Shown: positions 9,368 through 19,702 of the stretch, piece after piece
How positions within the stretch are numbered: the stretch's first letter is position 1
Layout: every line of letters starts with the position of its first letter
NCBI GenBank assembly: GCA_034530615.2
Contig: JAVRCV020000053.1
Location: 32,001-96,000 of the forward strand
Length of the DNA stretch: 64,000 nt
Origin: Aulosira sp. ZfuVER01
Lineage (GTDB): Bacteria; Cyanobacteriota; Cyanobacteriia; Cyanobacteriales; Nostocaceae
Direction: 5' to 3'
Notes under the pieces: generated by a model
Seen by the model: only the letters and a program-made list of their open reading frames with translations
Told to the model about the DNA's origin: nothing
Database searches by the model: none
Made by a program: the position numbers and the translations under genes

Positions 9368-10597
9368 TTATGCAGGTTTATGATCTAAACGGGTAGCTTG
9401 TTCTAAGGCTGCTTTTTCTCTAGATCTGCGAGCATAGGCTTGTAATTGAGCGCGATCGCAACCAGTGAGTATGCTCAAATTTTCTAAGCTGATACCTCGC
9501 ATCAACATTTCTACACGCCAGGTATGTTGTGCTTGGGCGATCGCTGGTGGTTGTCCTTGGGGTGTTAACATTCCCTGAGTCCAAGTTTCCCAGTGACTCT
9601 GAATCTCTGACTCGGAGATTGGTTCTCCGGCTGGGTTAAGAAACATAGCTGGTTGGTTATCTTTGCGACTCTTCAGCCATTTGATTAAAGGATTGTTAGT
9701 ATAAGAGCCGTACTGTTTGCCCAAAATCCATTGATTTACAGGTACTTGGCGGACTAATCCGGGAGTGGTAATTTGCAAAAAGTGCCCTTGTTCATCATAG
9801 ATTTGGTGCGATCGCTGCAAGCTAATTATTTCTGTGGAGCATAAGCCAGCACCAAATAATATATATGCCAAAGCATAATCTTGTAGTCCCAATCTCCTAG
9901 CTTGTCGCAGAATTTCGTGGACTAAAGCCGCAGGTAAATCAGCCACCTCTATACTAAGATTGTGTTCTGATGAATTATTTATTGCTAATTCTGGGGAAGG
10001 TGACATCGCACCACGTAAAAACAACTCCACTAAATTCTCGAGAAAATCATCTCGATCTTCCCAAAGTTCATGAAATTCGCTGGTAAATTCAATGACAGCG
10101 TATCCTAACAGCATTCCATTCAGCAAACTGGCTAATTTTTCTGCCGGTAGATAGGTATTTAAATGTCCCTGCTGAATTACCGTAGCTAAATACTGGGCCA
10201 CATAGCGGTTAGCTTCTGTTAAACCCCTTCCCAAAGCACGGCGGTTTTCCGCAGGGTATTGATCGGCTTCACCCACCACAGACCTAACGAACTCTGGTAC
10301 ACGCTCTAGCGCAAGTAAGCTATCACTTGCATAATCTTTGAGGGCTTGGTAGACGCTACCAGGAGGGCTTGCCCGTCTGATCAAGGATTCACCTAAATTT
10401 TTGAAGGCCGCCGATTCTTCTAAAACAGCTAACAGCAGTCCATGCTTATTGCCAAAATGACGAAATAGGGTAACTTCATTCACTTCTGCTCTTTCCGCAA
10501 TTTGGCGGGTTGTCGTGCCACTGACTCCTTGCGCAGTAAATAGTTCCAGTGCTGCTTGAATCAGACGTTGACGAGCTGAATGGGTGGGAGATGCCAT
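9368..10597 (-). CDS. TetR family regulator fused to a degenerate tyrosine-recombinase-like domain
   Basis: N-terminal TetR HTH (ARQRLIQAALELF...TTRQIAERAEVNEVTLFRHFGNK); C-terminal part follows the integrase catalytic-domain pattern with substituted active-site residues. Confidence 0.85.
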   Translation of the reverse strand: MASPTHSARQRLIQAALELFTAQGVSGTTTRQIAERAEVNEVTLFRHFGNKHGLLLAVLEESAAFKNLGESLIRRASPPGSVYQALKDYASDSLLALERVPEFVRSVVGEADQYPAENRRALGRGLTEANRYVAQYLATVIQQGHLNTYLPAEKLASLLNGMLLGYAVIEFTSEFHELWEDRDDFLENLVELFLRGAMSPSPELAINNSSEHNLSIEVADLPAALVHEILRQARRLGLQDYALAYILFGAGLCSTEIISLQRSHQIYDEQGHFLQITTPGLVRQVPVNQWILGKQYGSYTNNPLIKWLKSRKDNQPAMFLNPAGEPISESEIQSHWETWTQGMLTPQGQPPAIAQAQHTWRVEMLMRGISLENLSILTGCDRAQLQAYARRSREKAALEQATRLDHKPA

Positions 10598-10604
10598 AAA
10601 AGCG

Positions 10605-10669
10605 ATGCAAGTGGCACTTGCATATAAAGGAGAGACTTGTTAGGATAACAAATGTAAGTGATACTTGCT
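10605..10669. promoter_or_regulatory. Twin palindromic operators, probably for the TetR
   Basis: atgcaagtg-g-cacttgcat (10605-10623, perfect) and atgtaagtg-a-tacttgct (10652-10669). Confidence 0.7.
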
Positions 10670-10805
10670 CTACTTTACTGTAACCAACTTATACAGAACG
10701 GGTAAATCCCTTGTAGGTTGTGAAGCGCAATAGCCAAATACACCCAATGCAAGAGTACATCCAAAGAAAAGCAGATCGCTTGATCATTCATCAACAGGAA
10801 TTTTT

Positions 10806-11663
10806 ATGGCTGCAAAATTTCTGGCGTTCGCCCCTGAGCGAGAAACGTCACTTCGCCTCAGATGGACGAATGTAGTATTTTTCGGTACATTTCATGCTTT
10901 AGCTCTTCTTGCTCCTTGGTTTTTCTCTTGGTCAGCATTAGGTTTACTGCTGTTTTTACATTGGTTATTCGGAAGCATTGGGATTTGTTTGGGATATCAC
11001 CGACTGCTGAGTCATCGCAGCTTCCAAGTACCGAAGTGGTTAGAATATGCGATCGCCTTTATTGGTGCTTTAGCTCTCCAAGGCGGGCCGATTTTCTGGA
11101 TTGGTGGACACCGCCAGCATCATGCCCATACTGAAGATATCAATTTAGATCCTTACTCTGCCAAACGAGGATTTTGGTGGAGTCATATGTTGTGGATTTT
11201 CTACCCTCGTACAGAGTTTTTTGATTACGAAATCTATCAAAAATATGCACCGGATTTAGCGCGTCAGCCATATTACCGTTGGTTGGATAAGTACTTTGTG
11301 CTGCTGCAAATCCCCTTGGGCCTATTGTTATATGCCTTAGGTGGTTGGTCTTTTGTCATCTACGGAATTTTTCTGCGAGCAGTCTTGCTTTGGCACTCCA
11401 CTTGGTTTGTTAACTCAGCAACGCACAAATGGGGCTATCGTTCCTTTGATGCTACTGACGACTCGCGTAATCTTTGGTGGGTATCGATTGTCACTTATGG
11501 TGAAGGATGGCACAACAACCATCATACTTACCCTCATGTAGCAAAAGCGGGATTTTCTTGGTGGGAAATTGATATTACTTGGTGGAGCATCAAAGCTCTG
11601 AAGACCTTGGGTTTGGCAAAAAAAGTGATTATGCCCCCCTCTAGTAGTGCGAGTCAAGGATAA
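10806..11663 (+). CDS. desC: Delta-9 acyl-lipid/acyl-CoA desaturase
   Basis: His boxes HRLLSH, HRQHH, HNNHH; GEGWHNNHH. Confidence 0.9.
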   Translation: MAAKFLAFAPERETSLRLRWTNVVFFGTFHALALLAPWFFSWSALGLLLFLHWLFGSIGICLGYHRLLSHRSFQVPKWLEYAIAFIGALALQGGPIFWIGGHRQHHAHTEDINLDPYSAKRGFWWSHMLWIFYPRTEFFDYEIYQKYAPDLARQPYYRWLDKYFVLLQIPLGLLLYALGGWSFVIYGIFLRAVLLWHSTWFVNSATHKWGYRSFDATDDSRNLWWVSIVTYGEGWHNNHHTYPHVAKAGFSWWEIDITWWSIKALKTLGLAKKVIMPPSSSASQG

Positions 11664-11742
11664 ATTTTACTAGATTAAAGTGTATCTACCATGCCCACAG
11701 AGTGATATCTGTGGGTTAAATTATTTCAAGTTCCCTATTTGA

Positions 11743-12168
11743 ATGGAGATTGTCTGCATTGTGAACTCAGTCCGTATTGACGAACTTAGTAATGAGGCTT
11801 GCTCAATTTTGTTTGATTCAGATGTTCCATGCATCATTATGGAATGGCACGCCTATGGAACGAGTACTCAGTTCCGACTGATTAGTGAAAATGTCTTACA
11901 ACTACTGATCGATAAAGGTGTAAGTAAAGTTGTTGCCGATACAACTCATCTCCCAATCATTGCAGCTGACGATCAGCAATGGGTAAATGAAGACTGGTTG
12001 CCTCGTGCTATTGAGGCAGGCTATCGTGCCTGTGGAATGGTTAACTCTCGCTTCTATTTCAATCGTGTAGCTGTTGATAATGTAGTCAGGAGAGTTACAT
12101 CAGATAAGTTTCGTGTAGAATACTTTGATAGCCGAGATGCTGCAAAAGAATGGCTAAAAAGCTTATAA
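11743..12168 (+). CDS. STAS/SpoIIAA-like hypothetical protein
   Basis: VVADT...DQQWVNEDWLPRAIEAG...YFDSRDAAKEWL pattern. Confidence 0.6.
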   Translation: MEIVCIVNSVRIDELSNEACSILFDSDVPCIIMEWHAYGTSTQFRLISENVLQLLIDKGVSKVVADTTHLPIIAADDQQWVNEDWLPRAIEAGYRACGMVNSRFYFNRVAVDNVVRRVTSDKFRVEYFDSRDAAKEWLKSL

Positions 12169-12336
12169 GTTTATAATTACCCAAGCGATCGCTCTATAAA
12201 TTCTTAATTTTGTAATCTACTCAGACCCTAGTGAAGTAGAGAAAAAATTTAGCTCAGTCAACCAATTTTTCTACTTCTTGATGCTCTGCTGAAATCAAAT
12301 CTTCAGCTACATTGTGATGATTCAGCAACAATTGAA

Positions 12337-13122
12337 TTAATTAAGACGTGATAAAACGTACTCGCGGGTGCGATAATCTGATGGATTAGTAAAGATTTTA
12401 GTGGTGGGGCCAAATTCAACCAAGGTGCCAATCCGATTTTCATTGCTGTGAAAGAAAGCTGTGAAATCTGATGTGCGAGTAACTTGCCGCATATTGTGGC
12501 TAACAATCACAATTGTTAACTGAGAACGTAAACTTTGAATTAACTCTTCAACTTTCAGGCTAGCGATGGGATCGAGGCCAAAACAAGGCTCATCCATCAA
12601 AAGGACTTTTGGCTTGACGGCTAAAGCACGAGCAATACAGAGTCTTTGTTGTTGTCCACCAGAAAGTTCCAAAGCAGATTTGTGCAGTTTATTTTTTACT
12701 TCATCCCAGAGATCGGCACTTTTAATTGCAAATTCTATAATTTCATCCAATTCTGCTTTTGGACGCCATCCCACGAGTTTGACTCCATAAGCAACATTAT
12801 CGTAAACACTCATGGGAAACAAATTTGGTTTGGGAAATACCATACTAATTTGGCGACGCACCCGATTTAGATTCACACGGCGCTCATAAATATTCTGACC
12901 AAAAAATTCTACTCTGCCTTCTACTCGTACCTCTCCTTCTAGTTCGCTCATGCGATTTAGAGATTTGATAAAAGTAGATTTACCACAACCACTAGGGCCA
13001 ATAATTGCAGTAACTTTGTCTTGCAAAATATCTATTGATATATCTTCAAGTATCTTTTTGTTGTCGTAATAAAAACTAAAATCGCTAACTTTTATGGCTG
13101 GGACTAATTTACTCATGGTCAC
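12337..13122 (-). CDS. pstB: Stand-alone PstB-like ATP-binding protein with degenerate Q- and D-loops
   Basis: [32 protein letters not shown] and DEPCFGLDP deviate from consensus. Confidence 0.88.
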   Translation of the reverse strand: MTMSKLVPAIKVSDFSFYYDNKKILEDISIDILQDKVTAIIGPSGCGKSTFIKSLNRMSELEGEVRVEGRVEFFGQNIYERRVNLNRVRRQISMVFPKPNLFPMSVYDNVAYGVKLVGWRPKAELDEIIEFAIKSADLWDEVKNKLHKSALELSGGQQQRLCIARALAVKPKVLLMDEPCFGLDPIASLKVEELIQSLRSQLTIVIVSHNMRQVTRTSDFTAFFHSNENRIGTLVEFGPTTKIFTNPSDYRTREYVLSRLN

Positions 13123-13197
13123 AAATGCGTGAGATCAAACGTCAGTAAAGATTTCTTTCGCTATCAAGTTATTTCTACTCTTTTATGTGGGTACTGT

Positions 13198-13227
13198 TTG
13201 TAAAGTGTTTGTAAAATTAAGGGTAGA
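13198..13227 (-). promoter_or_regulatory. Pho-box-like triple repeat upstream of the stand-alone pstB
   Basis: Minus strand TCTACCCT-taa-TTTTACAA-aca-CTTTACAA, 11-bp period. Confidence 0.45.
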
Positions 13228-13347
13228 AGCTAAATATTATCAACAGTAGAGTCTGCTAGAAATAGTCCAATATATCCTCCGTTAATTAGATTTGAAATTT
13301 TCAACAATCAAGCTATTAACAAACAACTATTCTACTTGTTATTACAG

Positions 13348-13388
13348 GTTATCCTCAATATAACCATTAGTTAACTTTTATATTACCT
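13348..13388 (+). promoter_or_regulatory. Pho box upstream of pstS
   Basis: GTTATCCT-caa-TATAACCA-tta-GTTAACTT-tta-TATTACCT, four units at 11-bp period. Confidence 0.65.
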
Positions 13389-13515
13389 GAGTACGTCAAA
13401 TTTCAGGTGGTGAACAGCTAACTAATATGTTCACTAGCGCTTAAATTTCAAACATTATTGTGGTTTTGGATTGATTGGACGGAAATTTAACGTCCGAGAA
13501 ATGAGGAGTACCCTG

Positions 13516-14529
13516 GTGAACAAGATGAACTTGAAGCTTAATAGCTTGACGGTTTTAGGTGTAATGTCATTGATAACTGCCACTTTTGGTTTATCAATGT
13601 CTGCGGTTAAGTCCCAAAGTGTCAGCACAATTAAAGTTGATGGTTCTAGTACCGTCTTCCCAATTACTGAAGCTGCTGCGGAAGAATTTCAAAAGTCTCA
13701 AGGCGGTAAAGTTAGAGTTACTGTTGGTGTTTCTGGTACTGGAGGCGGCTTCAAAAAGTTTTGTCGCGGTGAGACTGATATATCAAACGCTTCCCGTCCT
13801 ATTTTACAGAAAGAAGTTGCTGACTGTAAAGCCAATGGCGTTCGTTATGTAGAATTGCCAATAGCTTATGATGCCTTGACAGTTGTGGTTAACCCGCAAA
13901 ATACCTGGGCAAAGAACCTGACGGTAGCTGAACTAAAGAAAATTTGGGAGCCTGGGGCACAGAGTAAAATCAATAACTGGAGCCAAGTCCGTTCAGGATT
14001 CCCCAATGCACCCTTGAAGTTGTTTGGCCCTGGTGCTAATTCTGGTACTTTTGACTACTTTACTGAAGCTGTTGTTGGCAAAGCTAAGTCTAGCCGGGGT
14101 GATTTTACTGCTAGCGAAGATGATAATGTGCTGGTACAGGGTATTTCTCGTGATAAGAATGCCCTTGGTTACTTTGGTTATGCTTATTATGCAGAGAACA
14201 GCAAAAAACTGAAGGCTGTGACAATTAACGGTGTATTGCCATCAGAAGCTACAGTCAAAAATGGTACTTATACTCCCCTATCCCGACCTTTGTTTATTTA
14301 TGTCAGCTCTAAGAGTATTGACAAACCAGAGGTAAAGCAGTTTGTCCAATTTTATTTACGGAATGCTGCTAAATTCTCTAAAGAGGTAAGATACGTTTCA
14401 CTACCAGGTTCAGCTTACACCACTGCCCAAAGCCACTTCAACAAAAAGAGATTTGGTAGCGTATTTGGCGGTAAAGAAGCGGTTGGTTTAAAGATTAACG
14501 AGCTATTGAGCCGTGACGCCCAAGAATAA
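13516..14529 (+). CDS. pstS: Phosphate ABC transporter substrate-binding protein
   Basis: [50 protein letters not shown] start after AGGAG. Confidence 0.93.
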   Translation: MNKMNLKLNSLTVLGVMSLITATFGLSMSAVKSQSVSTIKVDGSSTVFPITEAAAEEFQKSQGGKVRVTVGVSGTGGGFKKFCRGETDISNASRPILQKEVADCKANGVRYVELPIAYDALTVVVNPQNTWAKNLTVAELKKIWEPGAQSKINNWSQVRSGFPNAPLKLFGPGANSGTFDYFTEAVVGKAKSSRGDFTASEDDNVLVQGISRDKNALGYFGYAYYAENSKKLKAVTINGVLPSEATVKNGTYTPLSRPLFIYVSSKSIDKPEVKQFVQFYLRNAAKFSKEVRYVSLPGSAYTTAQSHFNKKRFGSVFGGKEAVGLKINELLSRDAQE

Positions 14530-14617
14530 ACTTATTCTTCAATTTTGAGCCAATTCAAAATTTATCAAAGGGAGGTTTTTACCTCTCTTTGTCTTAATTG
14601 AACTTGATTATGCAAGC

Positions 14618-15532
14618 ATGATTGGTACAAAACAAACTCGACTTTCGCCAAAACTATTGCGTAATGTACGGGAACGGGCAATTGAGTTTGTCTTGTTTCT
14701 AGCTGCACTTTCTTCTGTAGCAACTACTTTAGCAATTGTTGCTATTTTAGTGTATGAATCCATACTATTTTTTCAAAAAGTATCTTTATGGGAATTCCTT
14801 ACAGATACCCAATGGACACCGTTATTTGATGACAAACACTATGGGATTTTGCCTTTAGTTTCTGGAACTTTAGTGACTACAGCGGTTGCCTTAATAGTTG
14901 CAGTGCCACTAGGTACAATTATTGCAATTTACTTGAGTGAATTTGCACCACCGCTAGTACGAGAGGTCATTAAGCCAGTTTTAGAATTATTGGCAGGTAT
15001 TCCGACAGTAGTTTATGGATATTTTGCCTTATTATTTGTGACGCCTTTGTTGCAGGTAATATTGCCGGAATTACCTGGTTTTAATATGTTAAGTGCGGGT
15101 CTAGTCATGGGGATGATGATTATTCCCTATGTGAGTTCCCTGAGTGAAGATGCAATGCGTGCAGTACCTGCACATCTACGCGAGGGTTCTTATGCAACAG
15201 GTGCTACGCGCTTGCAAACAGCTTTGCGAGTTGTATTACCTGCATCGGTTTCTGGGATATCAGCAGCTTATATTTTGGGGATTTCCCGGGCAGTGGGTGA
15301 AACTATGATAGTAGCGATCGCAGCTGGTGGGCAACCCAACCTCACCTTTAACCCCTTGGAACCAGCCGCAACCATGACTGCTTACATTGTCGCCGTCAGC
15401 TTGGGCGATTTACCACATGGCACTTTAGAATACGAAACTATCTTTGCTGTGGGGCTGACTCTCGTGCTGATGACTTTGGTATTCAACATTATTGGTCATT
15501 TTCTTGCCAAGCGCTATCGAGAAATTTATTGA
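14618..15532 (+). CDS. pstC: Phosphate ABC permease PstC
   Basis: LELLAGIPTVVYGYF, SRAVGETM. Confidence 0.93.
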   Translation: MIGTKQTRLSPKLLRNVRERAIEFVLFLAALSSVATTLAIVAILVYESILFFQKVSLWEFLTDTQWTPLFDDKHYGILPLVSGTLVTTAVALIVAVPLGTIIAIYLSEFAPPLVREVIKPVLELLAGIPTVVYGYFALLFVTPLLQVILPELPGFNMLSAGLVMGMMIIPYVSSLSEDAMRAVPAHLREGSYATGATRLQTALRVVLPASVSGISAAYILGISRAVGETMIVAIAAGGQPNLTFNPLEPAATMTAYIVAVSLGDLPHGTLEYETIFAVGLTLVLMTLVFNIIGHFLAKRYREIY

Positions 15533-15582
15533 TTAACATTTTGGCCTTTGTCATTAGTTAATTACGAATTACGAATGCAACT

Positions 15583-16506
15583 ATGGTCACTCAAAATATG
15601 CGGCAAGTCCGCAATATTATTAACCGTAATAAGCTTTCAGAATATATTTTTAGCATCGTTGGCTTATTGTCGATGCTGATTGGAATTGCCACCTTGTTCG
15701 CACTAATATTTGACTTGGTTAGTGATGGTGCGCCACGTCTTTCTTGGGAATTTTTTACTTCCTTTCCTAGCCGGAGGGCAGCAAATGCAGGTATCCTCTC
15801 GGCTTGGGTGGGAACGCTTTTAGTAATGCTGGTAACGGCATCAGCGGCAATTCCTATCGGTATAGCATCAGGAATTTATTTAGAAGAGTATGCGCGGAAA
15901 AATTGGTTGGCTGATTTAATCGAAATTAATGTCACCAATTTGGCTGGTGTTCCTTCAATAATTTATGGTTTGTTGGCTTTGGGTTTATTTGTCTATGGTT
16001 TCCAGCTTGGCCCCAGTGTAGTAACGGCGGGATTAACATTAGCATTATTGGCGTTACCAGTAGTGATTGTGACTACTCGCGAAGCGCTGCGTGCTATTCC
16101 TAATAGTATCCGCGAAGCTGCTTATGCCACAGGTGCTTCTAAGTGGCAAATGATTTGGGATCATCTTCTACCTTATTCAACTGGTAGCATCCTGACCGGA
16201 ATTATTGTGGCGTTAGCACGAGCTATTGGTGAAACTGCACCCTTAATTACCATCGGCGCACTAACATTTATTGCCTTTCTCCCCGAATCTCCCATCAAAG
16301 GGGAGTTTCCTTATATCTCCTTTTCCTGGTTGTTATCACCTTTTACTGTTCTACCCATTCAAATGTTCGATTGGGTGTCTCGTCCCCAAGAAGCATTTCA
16401 GGTGAACGCCGCCGCCGCCGGTATTGTGCTAATTGCTCTGACTTTGGCTATGAACGCTGTAGCCATTTTTCTCCGTTATCGTTTACGTAAAAAAATCAAA
16501 TGGTAG
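15583..16506 (+). CDS. pstA: Phosphate ABC permease PstA
   Basis: [27 protein letters not shown]. Confidence 0.93.
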   Translation: MVTQNMRQVRNIINRNKLSEYIFSIVGLLSMLIGIATLFALIFDLVSDGAPRLSWEFFTSFPSRRAANAGILSAWVGTLLVMLVTASAAIPIGIASGIYLEEYARKNWLADLIEINVTNLAGVPSIIYGLLALGLFVYGFQLGPSVVTAGLTLALLALPVVIVTTREALRAIPNSIREAAYATGASKWQMIWDHLLPYSTGSILTGIIVALARAIGETAPLITIGALTFIAFLPESPIKGEFPYISFSWLLSPFTVLPIQMFDWVSRPQEAFQVNAAAAGIVLIALTLAMNAVAIFLRYRLRKKIKW

Positions 16507-17294
16507 AAGCAACATCCTCAATTTTAGAAAGACCTATCAAAGCTGCCGTTAATTATCTCAATTTCTACTACAGTGGCAAAGTCCACGCCTTGAAAGATAT
16601 TAATATGCCCGTAGGTGATAAACAGGTAACGGCACTGATTGGCCCTTCTGGATGTGGCAAAACTACGCTGTTGCGTTGTTTTAATCGGATGCACGACCTT
16701 TATCCAGGAAATCGTTATCGCGGGGAAATCACTTTAGAACCAGATGGAATTAATTTGTTAAGTAATAAGGTCGATCCAATTGAAGTCCGGATGCGGATTA
16801 GTATGGTATTCCAAAGACCTAATCCTTTCCCGAAGTCAATTTACGAAAATGTCGCCTATGGCTTGCGGGTAAGAGGTGAATCTAAACGAGCAGTTATTGA
16901 TGAAAAAGTAGAAAAAGCTTTGCGTAGCGCGGCTTTGTGGGATGAAGTCAAGGATAGATTGCGCGATTTAGCTTTTAACCTTTCTGGTGGTCAACAGCAG
17001 CGACTTTGTATTGCTCGTGCTTTGGCTACTGACCCGGAGATTGTTTTATTTGATGAGCCAACATCAGCTTTAGATCCCATCGCCACCGCTAGTATTGAAG
17101 AGTTAATTGCTCAACTGAAGCAAACAGTGACGATTTTGATTGTAACTCACAGTATGCAACAGGCAGCGCGGGTTTCTGACTATACGGCGTTTATGTATTT
17201 GGGTGAGTTGATGGAGTTTAATAAAACAGAAGCGATTTTTAATAACCCATCACATAAAAAAACCGCAGATTATGTCAGTGGACGTTTTGGGTGA
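16500..17294 (+). CDS. pstB: Phosphate ABC ATP-binding protein
   Basis: [34 protein letters not shown]. Confidence 0.95.
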   Translation: MVEATSSILERPIKAAVNYLNFYYSGKVHALKDINMPVGDKQVTALIGPSGCGKTTLLRCFNRMHDLYPGNRYRGEITLEPDGINLLSNKVDPIEVRMRISMVFQRPNPFPKSIYENVAYGLRVRGESKRAVIDEKVEKALRSAALWDEVKDRLRDLAFNLSGGQQQRLCIARALATDPEIVLFDEPTSALDPIATASIEELIAQLKQTVTILIVTHSMQQAARVSDYTAFMYLGELMEFNKTEAIFNNPSHKKTADYVSGRFG

Positions 17295-17339
17295 AAACCT
17301 TGGTTGGCATGGTCTATAAATACTTTTAAGAAATAAGCT

Positions 17340-17369
17340 AGTCCCGATGAAACTTGTTTAATCGGGACT
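17340..17369 (+). terminator. Terminator-like hairpin after the pst operon
   Basis: agtcccgat...atcgggact inverted repeat. Confidence 0.55.
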
Positions 17370-17486
17370 GACTTTGATCGCACATCACCTCTACCTTGGG
17401 CATTTTGCATTCCACGTAGCAAGTTTAGGGTTACACTCATATATTGCAACAGATAACGTTTACCCCCATGATTGGAGAGCGATACC

Positions 17487-18128
17487 TTGGGAATAGAACT
17501 ACGCAGTTTCGTATTTCTCGACAACCTGCAACCTCAACACGCAGCATATATGGGAACCGTAGCTCAAGGTTTCTTACCATTACCAGGGGATACATCGCTG
17601 TGGATTGAAATTTCTCCGGGGATTGAAATCAATAAAATTACAGATATTGCCTTGAAAGCGGCCTCCGTGCGTCCGGGAGTACAGGTAGTTGAACGACTTT
17701 ACGGTTTATTAGAAGTTCATTCTAGCTCCCAAGGAGAAACGCGATCGGCTGGTCAAGCGATTTTGGCGGCGTTAGGCGTGAGAAGAGAGGAATGTATCAA
17801 ACCACGTGTGGTTTCCAGCCAAATTATCCGCAACATAGATGCTTACCAGACACAGCTAATCAATCGCACGCGCCGGGGACAGCTATTATTAGCAGGGCAA
17901 ACTCTTTATGTTTTAGAAGTTGAGCCTGCTGCTTACGCTGCACTAGCTGCAAACGAAGCAGAAAAAGCCGCCTCAATTAATATTCTTGAGGTGCAAGCTG
18001 TAGGTAGCTTCGGACGGCTATATTTAGGTGGACAAGAACGAGATATTCTTGCAGGTGCAGCCGGAGCATTAACAGCAATTGAAAGTGTTACAGGTCGTAC
18101 AAATCCCCAGAGTGGTCGTCAGGAGTAA
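17487..18128 (+). CDS. ccmP: Carboxysome shell protein CcmP (tandem BMC domain)
   Basis: [55 protein letters not shown] start after GGAG. Confidence 0.9.
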   Translation: MGIELRSFVFLDNLQPQHAAYMGTVAQGFLPLPGDTSLWIEISPGIEINKITDIALKAASVRPGVQVVERLYGLLEVHSSSQGETRSAGQAILAALGVRREECIKPRVVSSQIIRNIDAYQTQLINRTRRGQLLLAGQTLYVLEVEPAAYAALAANEAEKAASINILEVQAVGSFGRLYLGGQERDILAGAAGALTAIESVTGRTNPQSGRQE

Positions 18129-18138
18129 AGGAGAAACA

Positions 18139-18945
18139 ATGGCGAATCGAGAGCATCTAGCTTTACTGAAAGCTGGTGCAGTCCAATGGCTTGAGTGGAG
18201 AAATCAAAATCCCCAGATTGAACCAGATCTAAGTACCGCAAACCTCTCTGGAGATAACCTCAGAGGTGCAAACCTCCAAGGAGCAAATTTGGCTAAGGCA
18301 GATTTAAGTTACGCTTTACTCGTGCGAGTAAATTTCAGTAGTGCTGACCTGAGTAGTGCTAACCTTCACTATGCCAAATTGATTGAAGCTAACTTGAGTG
18401 CAGCTAATTTCAGTGTTGCTAACTTGAGCGGTGCTAACTTGAAACAGGCAGATCTCAGCCATGCTAATCTGATTGGCTGTGACTTAAGTGGGACAAATTT
18501 TCGAGGAGCTGCGATCGCAGATGCAAATCTCATTGGTGCTGACTTGAGTTACGCTGACTTAAGAGATGCTGATTTAGGTGCAGCCAAGCTAATTCGAGCT
18601 AACCTTTGTTTTGCCAACCTGATTGAAGCTAACTTGATTGCAGCCGATCTCAGCGAAGCCAACTTGCACGAAGCAGAAGTGATTGGAGCTTATCTTTACA
18701 AAGCTGACTTGTATAAAGCTAATCTCAGCAAAGCTCACCTGAGTGGTGCATATATGTTTCGCGCAAACCTGAGTGAAGCTGATTTGCGCGGTGCAAACTT
18801 GACGTGGTCTAACCTTAAAAATGCAAACCTAGCAGGAGCAAATCTCAGAGGCGCTAACCTTAGAGGTGCTAATCTCACAGGAGCAAACCTTAACGGTGCA
18901 ATTCTTCAAGAAGCCATCATGCCTGATTCTTCAAAGTGCGAGTAG
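18139..18945 (+). CDS. Pentapeptide repeat protein
   Basis: MANREHL...WLEWR N-terminus then continuous A(N/D)LxxA repeats; ATG after AAGGAG. Confidence 0.9.
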   Translation: MANREHLALLKAGAVQWLEWRNQNPQIEPDLSTANLSGDNLRGANLQGANLAKADLSYALLVRVNFSSADLSSANLHYAKLIEANLSAANFSVANLSGANLKQADLSHANLIGCDLSGTNFRGAAIADANLIGADLSYADLRDADLGAAKLIRANLCFANLIEANLIAADLSEANLHEAEVIGAYLYKADLYKANLSKAHLSGAYMFRANLSEADLRGANLTWSNLKNANLAGANLRGANLRGANLTGANLNGAILQEAIMPDSSKCE

Positions 18946-18949
18946 AAGA

Positions 18950-19055
18950 AGAGAGACAGGGGAGTGTGGGGAGTGTTGGGAGTGTGGGAAGTGTGGGGAG
19001 AGATGGGATAAGAGGGATGAAGAACAAATGACGAATGACAAATGACAAATGACAC
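18950..19055. repeat. GGGAGTGT-type and STRR (AAATGAC) tandem repeats
   Basis: Reverse complement of the repeat block at 1700-1770. Confidence 0.8.
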
Positions 19056-19081
19056 ATCCATAACTATCATTCAATTGCTAT

Positions 19082-19696
19082 ATGTCCATTTATAAAACTA
19101 TTCTTTGGTTCAATAGCTTAGGTTTATTACTAATAATTGTTCTCATATTTTCTACTAAACTATTTGAGGTATCAGCAGGGGGATTATTCTTGCCACCTCC
19201 GGCTCCAGAGTATCCTAGTGCTGGGTTATTAACACATACTTTTCAACTATTATGCTGTGTGCCTCCGTTAGTTTGCGCTTTTAGTTTTGCTTTACTAAAA
19301 AAGATTAAACCTGGTGGTAAAAATAATGGTTTTATTATTTTTTCTGGCTTATTGACATCTGGTTTTTTAATCAACGAGATTTATAGGCTTCATATTATTG
19401 CTCTCCAATTTGGTATTCCCAAATTATTAACTATATTTATTTACGCTACTATTGCTCTTGCCTACGGATTAGCTTTTAAAAGTCAACTAAAATCAACACC
19501 TTACATCATACTTATAGCTAGCTTAATCTTATTATTTATTGCTATTACAATAGATTCACTACACTTGAGTGGTAGCGGAGCGCCTAGCCTTTTAGAGGGA
19601 GTACCTAAGTTGTTGAGTGGACTGAATATGGCACTTTATTTTTGGGTTGTTTGTTATAAAGAGGTTTTACATTCGCTTCAGCCTTCTAAGAATTAA
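19082..19696 (+). CDS. Hypothetical multi-pass membrane protein
   Basis: About six hydrophobic segments. Confidence 0.7.
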   Translation: MSIYKTILWFNSLGLLLIIVLIFSTKLFEVSAGGLFLPPPAPEYPSAGLLTHTFQLLCCVPPLVCAFSFALLKKIKPGGKNNGFIIFSGLLTSGFLINEIYRLHIIALQFGIPKLLTIFIYATIALAYGLAFKSQLKSTPYIILIASLILLFIAITIDSLHLSGSGAPSLLEGVPKLLSGLNMALYFWVVCYKEVLHSLQPSKN

Positions 19697-19702
19697 CTAT
19701 TT

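Noticed and set aside
9368..10669. Active site-specific recombinase inverting the desC promoter
   Set aside because: Catalytic Arg/His/Arg residues are substituted; the palindromes look like repressor operators, not recombination sites flanking an invertible segment
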